Positions 41,869 to 53,595 of a DNA stretch of 64,000 bases are shown here, piece by piece. Location: the NCBI GenBank assembly GCA_963777605.1, contig CAVZRV010000027.1, positions 192,001-256,000 on the forward strand. Reading direction: 5' to 3'. Position 1 is the first letter of the stretch. Each line of letters begins with the position of its first letter. This DNA is from an uncultured Acidobacteriota bacterium (GTDB taxonomy: Bacteria > Acidobacteriota > UBA6911 > RPQK01 > JAPXNP01). The notes beneath the pieces are model-generated. The model saw nothing but the letters and a program-made list of their open reading frames with translations, did not search any database and had not been told where the DNA came from. The translations under genes and the position numbers were made by a program.

Positions 41869-43515
41869 CTACTCGGGTTTCTTTTCCGACAGTCGTTCCA
41901 GGAAAAGGTATCGATCCCGGTGGGCGGCCGGTTCGGCATGCGATTCCACGTCGATCCGCATCATCATGGACTGGGCGTCCCGGCCGCTCGCTGCGGCAGG
42001 CCAGTCCGGCAATCCGTGCCCGTTGGGATCTCCAGACTTGATGAAGTTCGCAAAGTAGCCCTGCAGGGTCTTCGACACCCGGTAATCGTCTTCCGTCCAG
42101 GCAAAGACCGGGTTGGTCGACAGGTTGCCCATGGCGTATTCGATCTCTGCCGAGTGAACCGCTCCGGGAGGCACCGGCGGAACTTCCGACTGGTCCCCGC
42201 TCGAGGCATCGCCTCCCGCCTCTGACTTAACCGGGGGCCGCGGATGCGCGTAGAGAGTAGCGGTAAACCGGCTTTCCCGCCAGTCTGGCGCTGCAGGTCG
42301 AACCACCGCCAGGTGCTGAATCCGATGAACCGGTCCCCGGCCAGGTCGGTGGCCGACTGAATCGTTTGCTCGACGGTGGCCGACGGATACAGTCTCAGGA
42401 TCTCGTCGGCATCGCTGCCGTAGAGTTCCCGGACCGCCTTGGCGAAATTCTCCGGGGTGGGGTCATTTCTGCCGAAAATGGCCCGGTAGTTTGATTCCTC
42501 CGAGTTCCAGCCGACCAGCAGCGGCACATGCGCCTGCTCCCCGTTGCGGTAGATTTCCAGCGGAGGTTTCGGAAAGAAGTAGCCGTCCACATTCCAGGAG
42601 AACCGGGGCGCGCCCGGACTCGCGGAAGCCTCGAGCAGTTCCATCGCCGACAGGGCCCGCAGCTCCTTCAGCGATGAGGCTCCCAGTTGCTCCCCGAACT
42701 TCAGCCCGGACCGCTCGGCGTCGGCAAGAGACGTCGCAGGACGGGAACCGAGGACCGATCCGCTCTCACCGATCGCACCCGCAATCAGGTCCCGGGACTG
42801 AGGGGAGGCCATTTGAGCGCTCACCGCGAAGGAACCGGCAGACTCCCCGGCGATCGTGACTTTGCGGGGATCCCCTCCGAATGCCGCGATGTTCTCCTGG
42901 ACCCAGCGAAGGGCCTGGGCCTGGTCCATCAGGGTGTAGTTCCCCGAAGCGTGATGGGAGGACTCGCTGGTCAACTCGGGATGGGCAAAAAAGCCGAAAA
43001 TCCCGAGCCGGTAGCTCATGGTTACGACGACGATTCCGCGCTGTGCCATGCTCTCACCGTCGTAGCGGAACTCCGATCCGTCACCGGCGACGAAGCCTCC
43101 TCCGTAGTAGTAGACCAGACACCGGCAACTTCCTGTCGGGCGAAGTGGAGGGAGTCCAAACGTTCAGGTAAAGGCAGTCTTCGCTCATCCCGCTGTTGCG
43201 GAATCTCATGTCGTCGAAGATTCTCCGCTGCATGCACTGAGGCGCGAACTCGTCGGCACGCCGGACCCCGTCCCAATCCAGCGGAGACTGCGGCGGTTGC
43301 CAGCGCAACTCACGCACGGGCGGAGCCGCATAGGGAATTCCCCTGAACTCCAGCACCCCGCTTTGCTTGACCAGTCCTTCAACGATCCCGTTGGCAGTCC
43401 GAACCTGCGGTGATCCGGGGGAAGCGGAGGATCCGGCCCCGGGAGCCCCTGACCGGGCGATCGCAACCGGCGCCAGCAGAAAGGCAGCGACAGAGAACAG
43501 CAGTAAGAGTTTCAT
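41869..43515 (-). CDS. Type B carboxylesterase, two frameshifts (~43118, ~42265)
   Basis: FRGIPYAAPP, SEDCLYLNVW, GGGF, GESAG, GAVHSAEI. Confidence 0.9.
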
Positions 43516-43735
43516 GTCCACCCGATAATATGCCAGCAGGTGCCCAGGGAATAGAACAATCTTCCCCTGAGATCCCGCTGCGGCCGCTCGTCAGGATCTC
43601 ACCGGAATTTCTGCCGGGAGGACATTCCACCCCCTCAAAGAGAAACCTCCACCCCCCTTATTGGATCTTTAAATATGAATGGACAAATTGAATAAGAGCC
43701 CAACTGGGGTGGGATAGAAAGTTGAGGGTAATGCA

Positions 43736-44206
43736 ATGAAAAGCATAAAGGTCGGAATACTGATACTGAGCGTGTTCCTGATGATGGCAGTTCCTGCTAC
43801 TGCGGCCGACCATGACGACCATTTTGAAGGGCACGAACATGAGCATTTCGGGCGTGTCTCACCCGGCTTCGGCGGGTTTGGCTGGTATAGCCCGTACTTC
43901 TTTGGACCCGGACTGGGCTGGTACGGAGCCTACGGGCCTAATCCCTACTATTACCGTCACCAGGCGGATACGGGCCACCTGAAGCTGAAAGTCAACGTGA
44001 AGGATGCGGATGTGTACATAAACGGAGCCTACGCCGGAAAGGCGAAGGACCTCAAATCACTCTGGTTGCGACCGGAATCCTATGAGATCCAGGTACGGGC
44101 GGACGGTTATGAGACCTATGCCACCCAGATCTACCTGCTCCGGGGCAAGACCATGGAGGTGAAAGCGGACCTGGTCCCCATTCCGCAACCGCAAACCCAG
44201 CCCTGA
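43736..44206 (+). CDS. Secreted PEGA domain protein
   Basis: Signal peptide, Gly/Tyr-rich region, ADVYING.YAG..I.V...GYE. Confidence 0.8.
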   Translation: MKSIKVGILILSVFLMMAVPATAADHDDHFEGHEHEHFGRVSPGFGGFGWYSPYFFGPGLGWYGAYGPNPYYYRHQADTGHLKLKVNVKDADVYINGAYAGKAKDLKSLWLRPESYEIQVRADGYETYATQIYLLRGKTMEVKADLVPIPQPQTQP

Positions 44207-44297
44207 TCTGATTGCCCGATCGCTGTCCGCTCGCCAGGGCACTCTCGCCGGGGCACTGAAGTGCAAACTGCAGCGCCCCCGGGAGCAAGTCCAACCA

Positions 44298-45736
44298 CTA
44301 GGAAAGTTCCAGCACTACGAACCTCAGTTGGTCTTTACGCTGAATCTGAAGTACCGCCGGACTGCCGGGCTGCAGCTTATCGAGGATCTCCCGTAAAGAA
44401 GCCAGGTTGAAGATCGGGTTCCCGTTCAGTGAAATGATCAAATCACCAGGGCCCAGTCCGTCTTCCGCCCCCGGTTCCCCGGCAACGCTGGCGGCCACCA
44501 GGACACCCGCAGGTTTCCGCAACTCTCCGATCAGGTCCAGAACGGAATCATCGATATCGACCGCCAGAATTCCAAGCCGGGAGACCAGATTGGATTTCTC
44601 CGTGACCATCTCCAGAAACCGGTTGGGATCGTCCGTCCGATTAGCCACAGTCACGTCGGCCTCGACAGTCTCCGTCCCCCGCAGCGCATGTACCTTAATA
44701 ACGTCGCCGATAGCGTGCCGGTCAATGATCATCAGGAGTTGATGCAGGCTCCGAATCGGCTCGCCGTCGATGTCGGCCAGGAGATCTCCGGGATCGAGCC
44801 CGGCCTTCTGGGAAGGCCCATCCGGAGCGACATCTTCCAGAATCACCCCCCAGTCCCGAGGTAACCGCAGCCCGGCAGCCAGTGACGGAGTCACGGAAAT
44901 CGGAACCACTCCGATCCGGCCGTGGTGAATGTGCCCGGACTCCCGCAGCTCCAAGTAAATCCGCTTAACCAGGTTCGACGGAATCGCGAACCCAATCCCT
45001 TCACTCCCCCCCGACTGGGAGAGGATGAACGCGTTCATCCCCACCACTCCGCCCTCGGCATCGACCAGGGGGCCGCCGCTGTTGCCCGGATTGATCGGGG
45101 CATCCGTCTGGATGTACACGTAGGGATCCCCGACTGTCAGTTGACGTTCAGGCGAACTGACCACTCCCATTGAGACCGAGTCCTCAAGCGCCATCGGGTT
45201 GCCAAACGCCAGCACAATCTGACCCTGGCTGAGCTGGTCGGAGTCGGCCAGTGTCAGCGGAGCAAGTCCAGCCCGATCAATCTTGATAACCGCCAGATCT
45301 GTTTCCTGGTCCATTCCAATCAGCTGTGCCGCTACCGAACGCTTGGCCGGCAAGCCGGCGGAACCGCTGACTGCGGTCAGGTTGGTCTCATCCAGTCGCA
45401 CCTGGATGTGCCGGGCGCCGCGAACCACGTGAGCATTGGTGACGATGTAGCCTTCGCTGTCGAGAACGAACCCGGAGCCCGTTCCCTGCTCAGAGGTAAC
45501 CTGTCCCTGAGGCTGTCCTTCCACGGGACCGAATCCCACCGTTCGAATCTGAACCACGGACGGCCGCACTTGCTGACCAGCTCTGCCACGGAAGCACTCA
45601 GGCTCTGAATCGACGATGCCGTTTTTGAAGCTGGGCTACGCTGCGCCGTAGCCTGGGCCCCGAGAAACGCAACCGAAGTGAACAGAAGTACGGGGAAAAT
45701 CAATAACTGTCTATTCATATCCTGGGAAGACTCCAT
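44298..45736 (-). CDS. HtrA/DegQ-like serine protease with two PDZ domains, frameshift near 45570
   Basis: GSGF, TNAHV, DLAV, QTDAPINPGNSGGPL. Confidence 0.92.
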
Positions 45737-46063
45737 GGCTTTCGATCGTCATCCTCGACTCGAAACGGCCGCTGACACCGACTCATGAATGACGAAAAGA
45801 CACGCCCTGCAGCTGCGGTCATCCGCGGCGGTCAAATCCATCGCCAGTTTCCCATCCGGGTCAACGAAATTCAATGCCGGTGACAATAGCCCGGTTCCCT
45901 TCGATAGTCTCAGATCGGGGCCACTCGTGAAGACAAAAACGCCCACGGCCGACACTCCCCCTCAGTTTCCGGCAGTCAATTTCTGTATGGACAGGGACCG
46001 AGAAATAGTTTAGAAATAGGTTTTTCACCAGGGGTTCCAAGCCCCCGGTCTGTTTCTCCATGG

Positions 46064-46574
46064 GTGGCGTGGACCTCTAACTCGCAAGAAGGGTGGCGGC
46101 AGGTGGTGGAGAGTCACGAGGAGCAGCGCTGCGAAGAGACCGGGTTGTTCACTTCCGTGTTCGGCAGCAGGACGATTCAGCTTGTTTCCTTCAGCCTGGT
46201 CGTCGGGTTGATGAGCAACCTCAATGCGATGGTGGATCTGGTCCTTCACCCGGATATCCCCTACTTCGACCCGGAACATCTCATTGTGGGAGGTGTAACC
46301 GGGCTGGTCAGTGCCCTGCTTTTCGGTTCGTTCTTTCTTGCGCGCGCGCCGACTCGCGCTGGCCCTGACGAAGATCCGCACCCTCGAGCAAATTCTTTCA
46401 TCCTGTTCGAACTGCAGGAAGATTCGAAAACCGGGTGAGGACCCCAAAGCACCCGATTCGTGGGTTCCGCTCGAGGACTACGTCTCCCAGAGAACGGCCA
46501 CATCTTTCAGCCATGGGATCTGCCCGGAGTGCGTTTCGAAGCTCTACCCGGAGCATCGCGATCTCATAGCCTGA
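46064..46574 (+). CDS. Small membrane protein with C-terminal CxxC...SHGICPEC domain, frameshifted
   Basis: Two TM segments; LE.IL..CSNCRKIR...W..LE.Y.......FSHGICPEC. Confidence 0.6.
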
Positions 46575-46613
46575 AAGGGCCCGACAGCAAACCTTCCTGA
46601 AACGGAGGTTGAT

Positions 46614-49600
46614 TCAGGCTCCGGGAGGAGGGCTTGTGGTATGCGCTGGCAAGGAACCGGGCCTGACTGGAGAAGACTGCTCTGCCTGCATGCCGTTCCC
46701 TGTCATTTCTCCACGAAGACACCCGAACGCTCCATGCAGGTCCGCGAGCAACCCGGTGACTTCCTCCAGTTTGCCCTCCCGGGCCGCCTGCTCGATCCGT
46801 GCCGCCACTTCGCACATCGACTCCGCACCCAGGTTCGCGGCGGCGCCTTTGATCGAATGTGATTGCCGTTCGATCTGTGACAGATCGGAATCGTCAAGGT
46901 AGTTCTGCAGGCTTTCAAGTTGGAGTGGCAGGTCGTCCAGTGCCACCTTGACCATCTGCGACAGAAAATCTTCGTCGTCCATGAGACGTTTGAGCAGGCC
47001 GGCGCGGTCCCATACAGGAACGGAAGAATGGCGGTGCTCGCTCTCTGGAACTTCGGATCGAGGAACCTGGTGAGGATTACCAGGCTTGTCCAGGCCGCTT
47101 CCGGCCCCGGGCGGGCGATTCCGTTCCCGGGGAGTTTCCGGAAGCCAGCGTTCCACAATTTCCAGCAGGGAAGAAGGTTGAACCGGCTTGGAGATGTAGT
47201 CGTCCATGCCATTCGCGAGGCAACGTTCCCGATCACCCCGCATAGCGTGGGCAGTCATCGCGATGATAGGAATGCGGGGATGAACTCCCGCGGCGGCGTT
47301 GGAGCGAATCATTGCGGTGGAAGCGAACCCGTCCATGACCGGCATTTGGATGTCCATCAGCACGAGGTCGAAAGATCCTTCCTCGAGTGCCTTGACCGCT
47401 TCCTCGCCGTTGGATACTGCGGTTACACGATGCCCCATCTTCTCGAGCAGTTTGATGGCGACCTTCTGATTGACCCGGTTGTCCTCCGCGAGAAGGATTC
47501 GGGAGCAGGCACGGCGGCCGGTCGTTGCTTTACCGCCGCCGGTCGTGCCATGAACCGGCCTCGACGGGAGTGAGGCCTGGCCGCTTCCCCGGAGGATCTC
47601 CGCCAGACAATCATAAAGTTTAGACTGTTTAACCGGTTTCACCAGGTGGGCAGAGAATTCGACGTCGTCAGAATCTCGGAATTCGTTCTGGCTGCCAACT
47701 GAAGACATCATGACGAGCCTCAGACGTTCCCAGTTCAGGATCGGCCTGAATTGAACGTCCCAGTTCCACACCGTCCATGACAGGCATCTGCATGTCCAGT
47801 ATAGCCAGGCGAAACGGGTCTCCTTTTTCTGTTGCCGCCCGCAACTTGGCGAGCGCCGTCGATCCTCCATCAGCCTCTTCGTGCCGTACGCCCCAGGAAC
47901 TGAGCATCGCCCTCAGGACCTCGCGGTTGGTCGGGTTGTCATCAACGATAAGCACCTTGGTTCCCTGAAGCGGGCACGGCTGAAGATCGCTTGTTTTCCT
48001 GACAGTATCCGACCTCTTCAGCCGGACTGTGAACCAGAAGGTGGAGCCTCGGCCTTCTTGACTTTCAACCCCGATCTGGCCGTCCATCAACTCGCACAGA
48101 CTCTTTGAAATCGCCAGGCCGAGACCGGTGCCCCCGAATTTCCTGGTTGTCGAGGCATCCACCTGCTGGAATGCATTGAACAGGAGGCCGATCTCGCTTT
48201 CCGGAATACCGAGCCCGGTATCACGCACCTCGAATCGCAGGGTAACCCGATCGGCGGATTCCGATTCGAGGGACACTCGCACCGCCACTTCTCCCTCGCC
48301 GGTAAACTTGACGGCATTCCCGGCCAGGTTGATCAGAACCTGGCGCAAGCGTCCCGCATCGCCCAAAAGCCAGGTCGGTACTCCCGGGTCGATTGCGGAG
48401 ATGAACTCAAGCCCCTTCTGCTGGGCTCGAAACGCGAGAAGTTCCGCAGTGCCGTCGAGGACTTCGGTCAGGTTGAATTCGACTTCCTCCAGTTGCAGCT
48501 GGTCGGCCTCGATCTTCGAGAAATCGAGAATGCCGTCGATCAAGTTGAGCAGGGCGTCCCCACTGGAGCGTACGATTTCGGCATAATGCCTCTGTTCCTC
48601 CGAGAGATCGGTTCCGAGAAGCAGGCCGGTCATTCCAATGACACCATTCATCGGGGTCCGGATCTCATGGCTCATATTGGCCAGGAATTGACTTTTCGCG
48701 ATGGTTGCAGCCTCTGCCTGCACCGTCATCTCATTGGCCCGATGGATCGATTTCTCCAGCGCCAGGTTGGTCCGCTCCAAGTCCTCCCGTGAGTGTGCCA
48801 GTTCAATCTCAGCCAATTTCCGGACGGTGATGTCTCGAAGCACCCCGACGCAATGACGGCTCCCTCCGAGTTGAATGGCGGCAAGGGAGAGTTCCACCGA
48901 GATTTCCCGGCCATCCTTTCGCACGCTCTCCAATTCGAGAGTCTTACCAATGGCGGCTCCTTCGCCGGTCGCTTGAAAATGCGCGAAGGCAGCTTGGTGT
49001 GCTGAGTGGTAGCGGGACGGTGCGATCAGACGGTGCAGGTTCTGGCCGATCACCTCGTCCGATGAGTAGCCGAACATCCGCTCTGCTGCAGGGTTCCAGA
49101 AGGAGACATGGCCCTCTGGATCGAGAGTGATGATCGCGTCATGGGCCGATTCGGTAATCGCCCGCATCCGGGTTTCACTGGCGATCAGCGCGGCCTGCTG
49201 CCTTCGGATGCCGATATCGGTCCGCCTGAGGGCCACGTAAGCGTAGCTCACCAGGAGGAAGAGCAAGACACCTCCTCCGACCGCGACCGCCGTCAGATTT
49301 CCGGAAAACGAATGCCGGAGATCCGACATATCGCGCATCACCAGAAATTCTCCCACGACGGTTCCGGAGATGTCTCGAAAGGGGACAACTGCGCTAAGCC
49401 AGTGCGCATCGCCGATACTCACTTCCGATTCGGTGAAATCGTTGTGGTCGGACGCCCGAGCCACCCTCACGAAGTCGTTGGACAAGGACTCCATGGAACT
49501 GTAGACGGGAGCCATGTCGGAAATGTGCACCCATTCTGCATCAAGGCCAGACCGCCGGATCGCAGTTTCCCAGCTTTCCCGGCTCAGGAACTGCTTGTCG

Positions 49601-50859
49601 ATCAAGATTGCCAGTTCGATTTCGGGCGCCGCGTGGAGGGACTTCAAGACCTCGTTGATATCTTTACCCAGCTCGATGTATCCGACAATTTCGCCGTTCC
49701 AGAATGCCGGCTCAATCACTCGTAAGGTGATCCCGCCTGACTGATCCATTTCCAGTCCGTGCACCGACCTTCCCCGCTTCGCCGCCTGAATCGCGATCGT
49801 CGGGCCCACTTCGTCGCCCCGTCTCGACGGGTCGTGAAGGCGGAGAAGGCAACTGCGGTCGGCTTTCAGGAAGGAAAACCGGGTCACGCCATGATTCTCG
49901 CGCATTTCCTCAAACGGAACCCTCCAGGAGGACCGCAGTCGCTGCGCATCGTTCTTGGCAAGAGCCTCTCCGACGAATGGGTCCGCCGAGATCAATTCGA
50001 GCGCCATTTCCAAACCCGTTGTCTCTCGATCCAACAGCAGATCCAGGTTTTTGGGCACTTCACGCAACGCATGAGAGGCCTCACTCTTCAATCGGTATTG
50101 TTCGTACCACCACTCGAAGGCTCCCAGGCAAAGGCCCAGCAGTACCAGGGCGCCAATTAGGGGAGGCATCAGGCGGCGGAGGACAGGCTTCGGGAGCGCC
50201 TCGACCGGCCTCTTTGCGAGCAGCGCACCTACGATCCCGATGACCAGGACCGCCAACAACCCCAGTGGCAGGGCGGAGCGTAGCACCACGTCCCCTTGCC
50301 AACTACGGGCATTGACATCCATCCTGAACATCGCCACGAGGGCGCCGGTCTGAGGATCTTTGATCGGAATCAACGACGAAATCCAGACTCCCCGTCGATC
50401 GCCAACGGGCCCCTCCACAAGTTCGCTTTCGGACTCAAACGCCTGCATCAGGCCGGGCGAGATCTCCTGATAAATCTCTCCGGGCTGGGATTCATCTGGC
50501 GATCCGACCGGCTCGCTGTCCAGGAAAAGATAGACATGTCCATCCCGGCGGCGTCCCATCAGGTAGATGAAACGGCATTCGGGATTGGCGAGGCGAACCG
50601 CTGCAAACTGTTTCTTGAGGCGGAGGTAGAACGGGTTTTCAAGATCGGCTTCAGTGCCTGAGAGTGATCGGATTGAGTCCAGGCTGACGCTCCGTGCAAC
50701 AAGTCGGGCCTCCATCAGGAAGTCGGCCCTCATACGCTGATCGGCCTCTCTCAGCGTCCACCAGCAGAGGGACAAACCGACCAGCAAAAACAACCCAATT
50801 CCGATCAAGGGCGTTCTTGTTACAAACCATCGCCTGGAAAACGGCATCCGGAGCTCCAA
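46614..50859 (-). CDS. Hybrid sensor histidine kinase (TM, Cache-like, PAS, HisKA, HATPase, REC, REC, Hpt), frameshift near 47730
   Basis: FLANMSHEIRTPMNG, NLAGNAVKFT, GGTGLGL, two REC domains, HSIKGAAANLG. Confidence 0.92.
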
Positions 50860-51129
50860 CTCTTTCGTAGTGCCAGTGCGCTCTCATCAGCGGGCAAGCC
50901 TTCGTGCCGCACATTGGCCAGACCTTTTGAAAGCCTGGATACGTAATCGACGGGATAAGACAATTCCCTTATAGCCGGCTGCCTGGAGTGCACTCCCATA
51001 TTCACGAACCCTTGACCGGGATGTGCACAAATCTTTATCGTTGTCCGGAGGATTCTTTTCTCCGTGCCGTTGTCGATCGTCTCGGTGACGGCCGTGGCAA
51101 TTGGTCTTTTACTGTACAGAGGGAGAGTT

Positions 51130-53367
51130 ATGTCATCGGCAAAGATCATCTGGACCAAAATTGACGAGGCTCCGGCACTGGCATCCTATTCATTACTTCC
51201 GATAATTCGAGCTTACGCAAAGGGATCAGGCATTGAGATCGAGCCGAGCGACATCTCCCTCGCCGGCCGGATCATCGCAAATTTCCCGGATCGACTTCGG
51301 GAAGAGCAAAAAATCGACGACCAACTGGCTCGCCTCGGCAAGCTCGTAAAGCGCCCCGAAGCCAACATCATCAAACTGCCGAACATCAGTGCATCGCTCC
51401 CTCAGCTGCAGGCTGCGATCAAAGAACTGCGGCAGCACGGATACGACATCCCCGAGTACCCGGAAGAGCCGAAGAATGACGAAGAACGTGCCCTCCAGAC
51501 GCGATTTGCCAAGGTTCTCGGATCGGCGGTTAACCCGGTCCTCCGGGAAGGCAATTCCGACCGGCGGGCAGCCACGTCCGTCAAGGCTTTTGCCCAGAAG
51601 AATCCCCACCGAATGATGAAGGATTGGCCGGCGACCGGATCGAAGACCCGGGTTGCCCACATGACTTCGGGCGACTTCTACGGCAGTGAGACCTCGGCAA
51701 CAATGGCCGAGGCAACCGACGTCAGAATCGAGTTCGTTGGTGCCGACGGGTCCGTCACGGTCCTGAAACCCGACTTCCCCATTGAGAAAGGGGAAGTGAT
51801 CGACAGTGCGGCAATGAATGTAGCCTCACTCCGCAACTTCTACGCCCAGCAGATGGAGGCCGCCAAGCAGGCTGACGTACTCCTCTCGCTCCATCTCAAG
51901 GCAACCATGATGAAGGTCTCCGACCCGATCATGTTCGGACATTGCGTATCGGTCTACTTCAAGGACGCGTTAGAGAAGCACGCTGATTCTCTGGCCGCGA
52001 TCGGCGCAAACGTGAATAACGGTCTCACCGATGTGCTCGACAAGCTGGAGCGACTCCCCGCCGGAAAGAAAGCCGAGATCGAGGCCGACATCTCCGCCTG
52101 CTACGAAAACGGCCCAGCCCTGGCCATGGTGGACTCGCGCTATGGCATCACCAACCTGCACGTTCCCAACAACATCATCGTGGACGCCTCGATGCCGGTG
52201 GTGGTGCGAGACGGAGGCCGAATGTGGAACAAGGACGATGCGCTTCAGGACACCATCGCAATGGTTCCAGATCGCTGCTACGCAACCATGTACCAGGCAA
52301 TCATTGAAGACTGCCAGAAGAACGGCCAGTTCAACCCCGCGACGATGGGGAGCGTGTCCAATGTCGGGCTGATGGCCAGGAAGGCGGAGGAATACGGCTC
52401 CCACGACAAGACTTTCACAGCCCCCGGGACCGGTGTGATCCGGGTCGTCGAAAAGAGCGGCAACACGATCCTCGAACAGTCCGTCGAGAAGGGGGACATC
52501 TTCCGCATGTGCCAGGCCAAGGACGAGCCTATCCGGGACTGGGTCAAACTGGCCGTCACGCGCGCCCGCGCAACCGGGGTTCCGGCCATTTTCTGGCTCG
52601 ATGAGGACCGCGGGCACGATGCGGAGATCATCAAGAAAGTCAACGTCTACCTGACGGATCATGACACCAGCGGTCTTGACATTCGGATCATGAAACCGGT
52701 GGACGCGATGAACTTCTCCGTCGAACGGATTCGGCGCGGCGAAGACACGATTTCGGTTACCGGCAACGTACTGCGGGACTATCTGACCGACCTTTTCCCT
52801 ATCCTCGAACTGGGCACCAGCGCGCGGATGCTCTCCATCGTTCCCCTGCTCAACGGAGGAGGACTGTTTGAGACCGGCGCAGGCGGATCAGCCCCCAAGC
52901 ATGTTCAACAGTTTCTGAAAGAAGGCCACTTGCGCTGGGACTCCCTGGGAGAGTACTGCGCCCTGGTTCCTTCCCTGGAATGGATCGCGGACCAGACCGG
53001 CAACCCGAGGGCAAAGCTGCTGTCAGAGACTCTCGACGAAGCGATCGGGAAATATCTTGAAAATGCCCGCTACCCATCCCGGAAAGTGAACGAGATCGAC
53101 AACCGGGGCAGCAGTTTCTATCTGGCGCTCTACTGGGCACAGACCCTGGCCGCCCAGGATGAGGACGCAGAACTGAAGTCCCGCTTCACCGGGATCGCCG
53201 AGGCACTTGAGAAGAACGAGGCGAAGATCGTCGAGGAACTCCTGGCCGCCCAGGGGTCAAGCATGGATATCGGCGGCTACTACGATCCCGATCGGGCGCT
53301 TTGCGAGAAGGCCATGCGGCCCAGTTCGACATTTAATCAGGTCATCGACGCGGCGCTGTCGAATTGA
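51130..53367 (+). CDS. icd: Monomeric NADP-dependent isocitrate dehydrogenase
   Basis: [53 protein letters not shown]. Confidence 0.97.
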   Translation: MSSAKIIWTKIDEAPALASYSLLPIIRAYAKGSGIEIEPSDISLAGRIIANFPDRLREEQKIDDQLARLGKLVKRPEANIIKLPNISASLPQLQAAIKELRQHGYDIPEYPEEPKNDEERALQTRFAKVLGSAVNPVLREGNSDRRAATSVKAFAQKNPHRMMKDWPATGSKTRVAHMTSGDFYGSETSATMAEATDVRIEFVGADGSVTVLKPDFPIEKGEVIDSAAMNVASLRNFYAQQMEAAKQADVLLSLHLKATMMKVSDPIMFGHCVSVYFKDALEKHADSLAAIGANVNNGLTDVLDKLERLPAGKKAEIEADISACYENGPALAMVDSRYGITNLHVPNNIIVDASMPVVVRDGGRMWNKDDALQDTIAMVPDRCYATMYQAIIEDCQKNGQFNPATMGSVSNVGLMARKAEEYGSHDKTFTAPGTGVIRVVEKSGNTILEQSVEKGDIFRMCQAKDEPIRDWVKLAVTRARATGVPAIFWLDEDRGHDAEIIKKVNVYLTDHDTSGLDIRIMKPVDAMNFSVERIRRGEDTISVTGNVLRDYLTDLFPILELGTSARMLSIVPLLNGGGLFETGAGGSAPKHVQQFLKEGHLRWDSLGEYCALVPSLEWIADQTGNPRAKLLSETLDEAIGKYLENARYPSRKVNEIDNRGSSFYLALYWAQTLAAQDEDAELKSRFTGIAEALEKNEAKIVEELLAAQGSSMDIGGYYDPDRALCEKAMRPSSTFNQVIDAALSN

Positions 53368-53595
53368 TTAGTGCGGCCCCGTTTCCCTCTCTGAACGATC
53401 CGCACGGAGCCCGGGGGCGGGGCTGAACTGAGACTTCGCTCCCGTCAGGCCTTTCCTTACTGCACTGACCGAGAAATTCATTTGCGCTAGGTACTCGAAC
53501 GGCCTATCCTTTGACTCCGAATGTCAACTTGGACCCTGGCGAGGTTCCTTCAGGCCGGCCGATAACAGCAGCCGGCTTGAGATGAGGGGGAGACG

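Noticed and set aside
45749-45960. LNFVDPDG resembling an RHS core end or a module fragment
   Set aside because: Too short, with no YD repeats or other supporting motifs.
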